DNA of 64,000 bases from contig OZ242374.1 of assembly GCA_965209055.1 (NCBI GenBank), positions 4,224,001-4,288,000 on the forward strand, given 5' to 3'. Under the pieces are notes generated by a model. It was given only the letters and a program-made list of their open reading frames with translations. It was not told where the DNA came from and searched no databases. Shown one piece after another: positions 55,784 to 64,000 of this stretch. Position numbers and translations under genes: made by a program. This DNA comes from Acidobacteriota bacterium (GTDB lineage Bacteria > Acidobacteriota > UBA6911 > RPQK01 > JAJDTT01). Within the stretch, counting starts at the first letter, position 1, and every line of letters begins with the position of its first letter.

Positions 55784-56869
55784 ATGAACGAGTGCGAAAC
55801 GCGCCCCATTGGCATTCGCCTGCACATGCGGCACCATGCACGGGCGATTAAAACTCGCCGTTCCGTGGCGCTGATCGTCCTCTCCGTCCTGCTTGGCTCT
55901 AGCGGTCTCGACCGGGCGTCGGCGCGCCCGGCTGCCGGGCATGAGGAGGTCACGCTGGATCTCGGATCGGGGGTAAAACTGGAACTGGTCCGGATCCCGC
56001 CCGGCGAGTTCATGATGGGGGAGACCGACTGGTCTCGTGCCTTGATCGGTCTCTTCGCTCCCCATGATCTGCGCGCCCGCCAGGTGACCATTACCAAAGC
56101 CTTCCATCTCGGGAAGTACGAGGTCACCGTCGGGCAGTTCCAGCGCTTCGTGGAGGACAGCGGCTACGAAACGGACGCCGAAACGGGTCGCCGATCCTGG
56201 CGGGAACTGGGGAAAGGCTGCTACACCATGGGCGGAGGGAGCTGGGGTCCCAAATCCGGCGCCTCCTGGCGAAATCCCGGTTTTCCCCAAGACTCGGACC
56301 ATCCCGTGACCTGCATCAGTTGGTTCGACGCCGCCGAGTTCTGCCGCTGGCTGAGCGCCGAGACCGGACGAACGGTTCGTCTACCAACCGAGGGCGAGCT
56401 GGAATACGGCCAGCGGGCCCTGACCGTCACCCGCTACTACTGGGGCAAGAGGCCGGCCGACTACGTGCGGGATCCCCGGCTTCCCAGCGGCTACTGGGCC
56501 AACGTGGCGGATGCCGCCATGGCGGACGTTTCCGACGCCGACCTGTTCCTGACGGGGACCGAAATGCGCAGTCTCATCCCCGAGGGAAGGGACGACGGAT
56601 ACGAGGGCACGGCTCCCGTGGGAAAGTTCTATCCCAACCCGCGAGGCCTCTTCGACGCCATCGGCAACGTCTGGGAATACACCCTGGACTGGGCGGGGGA
56701 AGACCCGGCCCGAACCGATCCACGAGGACCGGAGGCCGAGGGAGTCCGCAGCATGCGGGGAGGAAGTTGGCTCAACAGCCCGGACGCCTATCGGCCTTCA
56801 TTCCGGCCGGAAATCGAGCCCGGCGGGCGGACCAGCACCCGGGGAATGCGTGTCCTGGTGGAAGAGTGA
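55784..56869 (+). CDS. FGE/SUMF1-fold protein lacking catalytic Cys pair
   Basis: IPPGEFMMG, EVTVGQF, HPVTCISW, RLPTEGE, NPRGLFD.IGNVWE, RGGSW; start uncertain (55784 or 55826). Confidence 0.85.
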   Translation: MNECETRPIGIRLHMRHHARAIKTRRSVALIVLSVLLGSSGLDRASARPAAGHEEVTLDLGSGVKLELVRIPPGEFMMGETDWSRALIGLFAPHDLRARQVTITKAFHLGKYEVTVGQFQRFVEDSGYETDAETGRRSWRELGKGCYTMGGGSWGPKSGASWRNPGFPQDSDHPVTCISWFDAAEFCRWLSAETGRTVRLPTEGELEYGQRALTVTRYYWGKRPADYVRDPRLPSGYWANVADAAMADVSDADLFLTGTEMRSLIPEGRDDGYEGTAPVGKFYPNPRGLFDAIGNVWEYTLDWAGEDPARTDPRGPEAEGVRSMRGGSWLNSPDAYRPSFRPEIEPGGRTSTRGMRVLVEE

Positions 56870-57034
56870 CCTCTTCGAATCGAGACCTCCCGTGTCTCCG
56901 GTTCCCGATTCCTCCAGATCTTCACTTTCATTCGTCGCTCCTTCAGCAGGAATCGAGGACTTACCGTCCGAACCACTCCGAGATTTCGGGCAGGGGTATC
57001 CAAGAGACGAAATCGGCTGACTTGAGGATTTCCC

Positions 57035-59056
57035 ATGTCCCGGTCTGAGTACGATGTGCAACTGGACCGTCGGGTCCGGGTCCCGATGAGAGACGGAGTC
57101 GAGCTGGCAGCCGTCGTCGTTCGGCCGAAAGCGGAGGGCAGGTTTCCGGCCATCATGGCCTACAACCCCTATCGTTGGCTGAGGCAGGTCAAAGATACGA
57201 GCTCAGAATCGACCTACAACCACCGCTGGGACGGGCCTCCCTACTTTGCCCAACGGGGCTACGCCGTCATCTACTTCGATGTCCGCGGCACCGGAAATTC
57301 CGGAGGGACAACGCAGGACGTCTATTCCGACGAGGAGCGCCGGGACGCCTGCGACATGGTGGAATGGATCGCCTCCCAACCCTGGTGCAGCGGCAACGTC
57401 GGGATGTGGGGCATGTCCTACGGCGGTGTGGTCCAGTGGCAGGTGGGGGTGCAGAATCCTCCCGCGCTGAAGACCCTGGTGATCGGATCCTCCAACGACG
57501 ACGTCTACCTGGATTGGACGAATCCGGGCGGCAGCATCCGTCCCTACATGTTCGACAGCTTCGCCCCCATGATGACCGCCTTCAACGCGGCACCGCCCGA
57601 CGCAGATATCGTTGGGCCCGAGTGGAGCCGGCTGTGGGAAGAGCGGCTGGAGAAGAACGTTCCCTGGGGGATCGGCTTCATTTCGAATCTGCTCCAGGGG
57701 CCCTACTGGCGTGATCGCTCACTGCAGCCGGACTACAGCCGGATCAAGGTTCCCGTCATGTTCTGGTGCGGTTGGGCCGACCCGTATCCCACCCCCATCC
57801 TGCGGGCCTTCTCCAAGCTGGAAGTCCCCAAGAAGATCCTTTTGGGTCCTTGGGGACACTACTGGCCGGAAGAAGCCCTGCCCGGTCCCAGGATCGATTT
57901 CAGGCACGAGATGCTCAAGTGGTTCGACCAGTGGCTCAAAGGGGAAGACACCGGCGTCATGGAGGAGCCCGCGGTGACTCTCTTCATTCGCCGCTACAAG
58001 CGGCCCGCGGCTCATATGTACCTGGAGGACGCCGGATTCTGGAGACATGAAAACGAGTGGCCGCCGGCCCGGAATCAGGACACTCCATTTTACCTCCAAC
58101 CTGACGGACGGCTGAATCGAATGAGACCCGCCGACGAGAGCGCGTCCGACGAATACGCGTACGACCCGTCGGTCGGGATCAGCGCGGGGATCTACTGGGG
58201 CGGGGGAATCATGCCTTGGGCCATGCCGGTGGACCAGCGGCTCGACGACGCTTGCTCCATGACCTACACCACTTCACCTCTGGAGCAGGACCTGGAGGTC
58301 ACGGGGAATCCGAAGGCCGTGCTTTATGCCGCCTCCACGGCCGACGCGGCCTACTTCCACGTGAAGCTCACGGATGTGGCGCCCGACGGCACCTCCAAAT
58401 GGCTGACCGACGGCGGATTGCTCGCCACGCACCGCGATTCCCACTCGAATCCGGAACCCATGAATCCCGGACAGATCTACGAGCTGGAAATCGACCTGAA
58501 ATATGTCTCCTACCTGTTGGAGAAAGGCCACCGCATCCGGGTCAGCATTGCCAGTTCGGATTTTCAGAATGCCTGGCCCACTGCCAAACCCGCCGTCAAC
58601 GCCATCCACCGGGACGGGCGGCATCCTTCTCATGTCGTCTTGCCGGTGACGCCTGCTCAGGCTCCATCCATGGGCCGACCGGAATTCAGGCCTTCTCCGA
58701 GGCCTCCCGCGACAATGGCGGACATCAGCAGCAGCACCCGGCACGAGATCAGGCACGACCTGGTGAACGAAACGGTGACGGCCACTCTGGAGAGAGTCTC
58801 CGAGACGGGTCCGGCGCCAGGACTGGCGCATTCCACCTATACGGTGTCGAGACGGGATCCCGCGGAAACGGTTCTCAAGGCCCGTTACGTTTACCAGGTC
58901 CCGCCCGCGGGGTCGGGAATGACCGTGGAAGCCAATGAATTTCTGATCAGCGATCTGGAGGCGTTCCATTTCGTGAGCCAGGTGGAGGTGACGATGAACG
59001 GGAAGCGTCACTTCCACAAGAGTTGGAGAGTCAGCGTGCCCCGACAATTGAACTGA
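57035..59056 (+). CDS. CocE/NonD family hydrolase 1 (no signal peptide)
   Basis: MRDGVELA, DVRGTGNS, GMSYGG, GPWGH. Confidence 0.9.
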   Translation: MSRSEYDVQLDRRVRVPMRDGVELAAVVVRPKAEGRFPAIMAYNPYRWLRQVKDTSSESTYNHRWDGPPYFAQRGYAVIYFDVRGTGNSGGTTQDVYSDEERRDACDMVEWIASQPWCSGNVGMWGMSYGGVVQWQVGVQNPPALKTLVIGSSNDDVYLDWTNPGGSIRPYMFDSFAPMMTAFNAAPPDADIVGPEWSRLWEERLEKNVPWGIGFISNLLQGPYWRDRSLQPDYSRIKVPVMFWCGWADPYPTPILRAFSKLEVPKKILLGPWGHYWPEEALPGPRIDFRHEMLKWFDQWLKGEDTGVMEEPAVTLFIRRYKRPAAHMYLEDAGFWRHENEWPPARNQDTPFYLQPDGRLNRMRPADESASDEYAYDPSVGISAGIYWGGGIMPWAMPVDQRLDDACSMTYTTSPLEQDLEVTGNPKAVLYAASTADAAYFHVKLTDVAPDGTSKWLTDGGLLATHRDSHSNPEPMNPGQIYELEIDLKYVSYLLEKGHRIRVSIASSDFQNAWPTAKPAVNAIHRDGRHPSHVVLPVTPAQAPSMGRPEFRPSPRPPATMADISSSTRHEIRHDLVNETVTATLERVSETGPAPGLAHSTYTVSRRDPAETVLKARYVYQVPPAGSGMTVEANEFLISDLEAFHFVSQVEVTMNGKRHFHKSWRVSVPRQLN

Positions 59057-59128
59057 AACGCAGCCTCGTCCGGCGTCCGGCTGGAACGACCGATGCCAAG
59101 AGAATCGGGCAACAGAAGGAGAGTCATC

Positions 59129-61231
59129 ATGCGGATCCTGTTTTTCCTGCTCACGATCCTGCCCGCGACGCTGCTCGCAGAGTCCCACGGGCTCTCGAAG
59201 CCGATCTACGAGGGGAAGGTCAAGATCATCTATCCCCGCGTCGCCATGCGGGACGGGGTGGAGCTGGCGACCAAAATCACCATGCCGGACGCGGAAGGCC
59301 GTTTTCCCGCCGTCATGATGTACCACCCCTACCGCGGGGTGAGGGAACCCTTGCCCGACTATCGGGACGAAAGACCCATGCTGGTGCCGTATCTGGCGGA
59401 ACGGGGCTACGCCATCGTCCAGTACGACGTCCGCGGCACGGGCAACTCCGGCGGATGGAGCAAGGACATCTACTCCGACGACGAGAGGCGGGACGGCTAC
59501 GAGATGGTGGAGTGGATCGCTCGTCAACCGTGGTCCAACGGCAACGTGGGGATGACCGGCATTTCCTACGGCGGCGTGGTGCAGTGGCAGGTGGCGGTCC
59601 AGAATCCGCCCAGCCTCAAGACCATTATCGTGCGCTCGGCCAACGACAGCGTCTACACCGAGTGGACCTATCCCGGCGGCTCTCTTCGCCCCTACATGTT
59701 CGACACCTATTCACCCCTCATGACGGCCTACAACTTCGCGCCCCCCGATCCCGAAATCGTCGGTGAGAAGTGGAGCGACATCTGGCAGACGCACCTGGAC
59801 AACAACCAGCCCTGGGGAATCGGATACATCTCTCACCAGCAGGAAGGGCCGTATTGGCAGGACCGCTCACTGTCGGCCGACTACAGCCGGGTCAAGTGTC
59901 CGGTCTTCGTCATCGCCGGCTGGGCCGACGTCTATCCGACGGCCCTGCTGCGGGCCTTTTCCAAGCTGGAAGTCAAGCACAAGAAAGCCCTGGTGGGACC
60001 CTGGCGGCACATCTGGGCCGAGAACAAGAAGACGGTGCCCGGTCCCCGGATCGACGGCCGGCCCATCATGTTGAAGTGGTTCGACTATTGGCTCAAGGGG
60101 ATCGACAACGGGGTGCTGGAGGAGCCTCCGGTGACGGTCTTCGTCCGGGAATACGATCCTCCCTCTCCCGTCATGCCCATCGAGGAGCCCGGTTTCTGGC
60201 GCTCCGAACTGGAATGGCCCATTGCTCGGGAGCAGCCCACCAGGATGTACTTTCACCCGGACGGCAAGCTGAGCCGGACGGCTCCCGGGGGATCGGATGA
60301 GGAAGGAGACCGCCTTGAGTACAAGCCCACCGTGGGGGTCACCTCGGGAATCCACTGGGGGGGAGGGATTCTCCCCTGGGGCAACCCCATCGACCAGCGG
60401 GCCGACGAAGCCTACTCCCTGACCTACACCACGGAACCATTGGAGGAACCGCTGGAGGTTTCGGGCACGCCGCGCGCCATGCTGCACATCTCCTCCACGG
60501 CCGAGGTTGCCTATTTCCGCGTGAAGCTCATCGACGTGGCGCCGGACGGGACCTCCAAGCTAGTCCGTTACGGCGGCCTGAACGCCGCGCACCGGAAGTC
60601 TCATTTCGATCCCGAACCGCTCCGGCCCGGAGAGGTGCACGAGGTGCCGGTGGAAGTGAAGGTGATGACCTACGTGTTCGCTCCCGGGCACCGGGTCCGG
60701 GTGGCCATCGCCAACGCCGACATCCAGAACGCCTGGCCCACGGCCCTGCCGGCGGTGAACACCGTGTACCGCAACGGCCGTTACCCGTCCCACATCGTCC
60801 TGCCGGTGATCCCGGAACAGAATCCCAAACTGCCGGAGCCCGAGTTCGTGAACCTGCCCAACGCCGACCCCAAGGTGGCGCTGGATCAAGAGAAACCGAT
60901 GGCGTACTCCATTACCCAGGACCTCGTTGCGGAAACCACGACGGTCCGGCTCGGCAAGGAAAGAAAGGGCAAACGGGGCGACGCCGAGCAATACATGAAG
61001 CTTTTCTCGAGTTTCACCGTGTCCGAAAAGAACCCGGCCAACGCGGCGCTGAAGGCAGAGGCCACGCTGTCGATCACGCGGCCGGAATCGGAAGTCAAGA
61101 TCGAAGCGAACGAGTTGACCTCCAGCAACAAGGCGGCATTCCGTCACCTGGTGGAGATCGAGATCACCGTCAACGGGAGGAGACACTTCAACCGGAGTTG
61201 GTCGGTCACCATTCCACGAAGACTGAACTAG
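59129..61231 (+). CDS. CocE/NonD family hydrolase 2 (signal peptide)
   Basis: MRILFFLL signal; MRDGVELA, GISYGG, GPWRH; AAGGAG SD. Confidence 0.9.
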   Translation: MRILFFLLTILPATLLAESHGLSKPIYEGKVKIIYPRVAMRDGVELATKITMPDAEGRFPAVMMYHPYRGVREPLPDYRDERPMLVPYLAERGYAIVQYDVRGTGNSGGWSKDIYSDDERRDGYEMVEWIARQPWSNGNVGMTGISYGGVVQWQVAVQNPPSLKTIIVRSANDSVYTEWTYPGGSLRPYMFDTYSPLMTAYNFAPPDPEIVGEKWSDIWQTHLDNNQPWGIGYISHQQEGPYWQDRSLSADYSRVKCPVFVIAGWADVYPTALLRAFSKLEVKHKKALVGPWRHIWAENKKTVPGPRIDGRPIMLKWFDYWLKGIDNGVLEEPPVTVFVREYDPPSPVMPIEEPGFWRSELEWPIAREQPTRMYFHPDGKLSRTAPGGSDEEGDRLEYKPTVGVTSGIHWGGGILPWGNPIDQRADEAYSLTYTTEPLEEPLEVSGTPRAMLHISSTAEVAYFRVKLIDVAPDGTSKLVRYGGLNAAHRKSHFDPEPLRPGEVHEVPVEVKVMTYVFAPGHRVRVAIANADIQNAWPTALPAVNTVYRNGRYPSHIVLPVIPEQNPKLPEPEFVNLPNADPKVALDQEKPMAYSITQDLVAETTTVRLGKERKGKRGDAEQYMKLFSSFTVSEKNPANAALKAEATLSITRPESEVKIEANELTSSNKAAFRHLVEIEITVNGRRHFNRSWSVTIPRRLN

Positions 61232-61276
61232 CGTGCCGCAGATCCTGTGTTCCGCAGCCAGAGGGAGAGGTGTTCC

Positions 61277-63157
61277 ATGTCGTGTTATCCCAGGATTCCC
61301 ATCCCGTCCGTACCCGTTGTCCTCCAGGTTCTGATCTTCATGACGGCAACCGGACTGGCGTCGGGTCCCTGGTTCGTCAGCAACGATCCCTCCTGGGTGG
61401 ACAAGCTCTCGCAACCCCGATACGGCATCCACTTCGAACATGACGTCAAGGTCCGCATGCGGGACGGCGTCCGGCTGTCGGCCAACATCTGGCGGCCCAA
61501 GGCGGATGGGAAGTTCCCGGTGATCTTCGTCTACATGCCTTATGACAACACCCGGAAGTCGGAGTTCTTTCAGGGGGACATCATCGGCCGCGCCCAATAC
61601 TTCGTACCCCGGGGATACGTCTTCGCCTGTATCGACGTCAGGGGGCGTTACGATTCCGAAGGGGAATCCTACCTCTACTGGGACCCGAAGTGGCGGGAAG
61701 GAAAGTTCGACGGACAGGATGTCTACGACTGTCAGACCTGGCTCGGAGAACAGCCCTGGTCCACGGGAAAAATCGGGATGTGCGGCGGTTCGTATCTGGG
61801 ATTCGTGCAGTGGATGGGCGCCACCGAAGCGAACCGCTACCTCACGGCCCTGATCCCGTATGTGACTCCCGACGACCATTGGGACAACGTCTACCCCAAT
61901 GGGGCGTTCCAACTCTCCAACAGCCTCAACCTGCTGGCATTGCTCGGCAACCTGACGGCCAACAACAACGACGGCCTCCGGAACGATTTCCTGGACTGGG
62001 ACAAGCTGTACCGTCACCTTCCCATCCGGACCATGGACCAGGCCATGTTCGGGCAGACCGACATCCTGTGGCAGGACCTGGTGGATCATCCGGACAACGA
62101 CCACTACTGGCGGTTCAGCGTGGGAGACCGTCCCCGGGCCGGAGAGATGGGCGCGGGACAGTACCACAAGGTCCAGGTGCCGACCCTCAACATCACCGGC
62201 TGGTACGACCAGGTTTCCCAGGCCACCATCAACGGTTACCTGGGCATGGTCCAGTACGGCCCCGAGAAGATTCGCGGCCAGCATCGCCTGCTCGTCGGTC
62301 CCTGGAGGCATGGGGTGGGACCCCGGGAGGTGGGCGATCTCGACTATGGTCCGGAGGCGGACGTGGACTTTCGTCCCATCGAGCTTCGCTGGTACGACTA
62401 CTGGCTCAAGGGCATCGATAACGGGATGATGGACGAGCCGCCCGTCGACATCTTCGTGATGGGGGAGAACGAGTGGCGCACTGAGCACGAATGGCCCCTC
62501 AAACGTGCCCGGATCACGAAGTACTACCTCCACAGCGGCGGGCAGGCCAACAGCCGCTTCGGCAACGGCACTCTGAGCACCCGGCCGCCGTCCCAGGAAC
62601 CGGCCGATGTCTTCGCCTACGATCCGGACGATCCGGTTCCGACCTACGGCGGCAACGTGAGCATGTACCCCTCCACCGGGGGGCCCCGGGATCAGAGGGC
62701 CATCCAGCGGCGGGACGATGTGCTCGTCTACACCGGCGAGATCCTGGCAGAGGAGATCGAGGTGACGGGTCGGGTCCTGACCCTGCTCCATGCCGCCTCC
62801 AGCGCGACCGACACCGACTTCACCGCCAAGCTGGTGGACGTCCACCCCAACGGCTACGCTCAATTGCTGGCGGAGGGGATCATACGGGCCCGCTATCGGG
62901 ATTCGTTCAAGAAGCAGACGCTGCTGGAACCGGGCAAAGTCTACGAATACACCATCGATCTGTGGTCCATCAGCCACGTCTTCAAGCGTGGGCACCGGAT
63001 TCAACTGGAGATTTCGAGCAGCAACTTTCCGAAGTACGACCGCAATCCCAACACCGGCCAAAAGTTTGGTGAAGACGCGGAACTGAGAAAGGCGACGCAG
63101 ACGGTTCATCACGATGCCGCTTACCCGTCGCACATCGTGCTTCCGGTGATTCCCTGA
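61277..63157 (+). CDS. CocE/NonD family hydrolase 3 (probable signal peptide)
   Basis: MRDGVRLS, DVRGRYDSEG, GGSYLG, GWYD, GPWRH, SSNFPKYDRNPN. Confidence 0.92.
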   Translation: MSCYPRIPIPSVPVVLQVLIFMTATGLASGPWFVSNDPSWVDKLSQPRYGIHFEHDVKVRMRDGVRLSANIWRPKADGKFPVIFVYMPYDNTRKSEFFQGDIIGRAQYFVPRGYVFACIDVRGRYDSEGESYLYWDPKWREGKFDGQDVYDCQTWLGEQPWSTGKIGMCGGSYLGFVQWMGATEANRYLTALIPYVTPDDHWDNVYPNGAFQLSNSLNLLALLGNLTANNNDGLRNDFLDWDKLYRHLPIRTMDQAMFGQTDILWQDLVDHPDNDHYWRFSVGDRPRAGEMGAGQYHKVQVPTLNITGWYDQVSQATINGYLGMVQYGPEKIRGQHRLLVGPWRHGVGPREVGDLDYGPEADVDFRPIELRWYDYWLKGIDNGMMDEPPVDIFVMGENEWRTEHEWPLKRARITKYYLHSGGQANSRFGNGTLSTRPPSQEPADVFAYDPDDPVPTYGGNVSMYPSTGGPRDQRAIQRRDDVLVYTGEILAEEIEVTGRVLTLLHAASSATDTDFTAKLVDVHPNGYAQLLAEGIIRARYRDSFKKQTLLEPGKVYEYTIDLWSISHVFKRGHRIQLEISSSNFPKYDRNPNTGQKFGEDAELRKATQTVHHDAAYPSHIVLPVIP

Positions 63158-63210
63158 GAAATCGATTCCGAGAGGAGCTATATTCTTCCCGAGTCAAGGA
63201 GGTCGGCGAG

Positions 63211-64000
63211 ATGCATAAGACAGCGGATGCGGTAGTGATCGGAGGGGGAATCGCGGGCGCAAGCGTGGCCCATTTTCTGGCCCGAAAGGGATTCAAAAAG
63301 GTCGTCTTGCTTGAGAAGGGCCGTCTGGCCGGCGTGAGCACGGGCCGGTCGGCCGCCGTGGTCCGGACCTACTACTCCAACCCCATCACCGTGAAACTGG
63401 CGTGGCGCGCGGTGCAGATGTTCGAGAACGACCGGGAGGCGCTGGGAGGCGATTCCGGGTTTCGGCAGATCGGATTTCTCCTCCTCTTGGATGAGGGATG
63501 GAAGATGGCCGGTGACCAGATACTGGAGATGGAGAGCACCCACGGCGTCGAGGTCCGGGAACTGTCGCGGGAAGACATCCGGGAACTCGCGCCGCCGCTG
63601 AACCTGGAGGGGATCGTCCGCGCCATCTTCGAGCCTCGCTCCGGCTGCGCGGATCCGATCCGGACGACCGAGAGCTTGGTGAACGGAGCCCATCAGTGGG
63701 GTCTGACGGCGCACGTGGGAGTGGCGGCCACCGGCATCAACCTCGACGGCGGCCGCGTCCGCTCCGTGGAGACGGAGCAGGGAACCATCGACACCCCCGT
63801 GGTGGTGAACGCAGCCGGGCCCTGGGGGCGGCAGGTGGGCCTTTGGGCCGGCCTCAACTACTCTGTCCGCTGGAGCCGGGAGACGGACCTGATCGTGACT
63901 CAGCCGGGTGATTTCGGCCCTCTTCCCGTCATTTCCGATCCCCCGCAACGCGCCTACTACAAGCCTCACGCGGACAACACGATGCTGGCCGGACTCGGCT
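63211..64000 (+). CDS. FAD-dependent oxidoreductase (DAO/sarcosine oxidase beta-like), 3'-partial
   Basis: AAGGAGG SD; VIGGGIAG, STGRSAA, VVNAAGPW; runs off the window end so is missing from the ORF track. Confidence 0.88.
   Translation, partial: MHKTADAVVIGGGIAGASVAHFLARKGFKKVVLLEKGRLAGVSTGRSAAVVRTYYSNPITVKLAWRAVQMFENDREALGGDSGFRQIGFLLLLDEGWKMAGDQILEMESTHGVEVRELSREDIRELAPPLNLEGIVRAIFEPRSGCADPIRTTESLVNGAHQWGLTAHVGVAATGINLDGGRVRSVETEQGTIDTPVVVNAAGPWGRQVGLWAGLNYSVRWSRETDLIVTQPGDFGPLPVISDPPQRAYYKPHADNTMLAGLG

Overview
GC-rich bacterial chromosomal segment of about 53 genes, mostly for accessory catabolism. The gene content suggests Acidobacteriota, possibly a marine or sponge-associated lineage (inference from the carboxypeptidase-domain TonB receptor, FG-GAP and PQQ-like propellers, CocE hydrolases and PhyH dioxygenase). 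I found no rRNA, tRNA, CRISPR array, integrase or transposase. Main blocks: (1) TauD/BBOX-like dioxygenase, DmdA/GcvT-like demethylase and an HD protein; (2) HpcH aldolase, PA0069 radical SAM and an orphan AbrB antitoxin; (3) cyclase, propeller hydrolase and a C-terminally truncated LplT-Aas fusion; (4) NCS2 permease, FG-GAP protein, TfoX and SDRs; (5) a small tandem-duplicated cassette of two 2-TM SLATT-like paralogues with a Pro-motif micropeptide between them, which is my best candidate for an undescribed system; (6) an AttEFGH-like ABC operon divergent from ferritin across an AT-rich Fur-box region; (7) a roughly 19-kb minus-strand run with 2-oxoacid/acetoin dehydrogenase, MetE-like, FlK thioesterase, AcoX-like kinase, gcvPA/PB and duplicated PQQ-like propellers; (8) a TonB-receptor locus with a serine hydrolase that appears to start at AUC, an FGE-like protein, three CocE hydrolases and an FAD oxidoreductase. 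A family of GGAG/GTAG-headed REP-like palindromes occupies many intergenic gaps. All family calls come from motif recognition by eye; no database searches were run.
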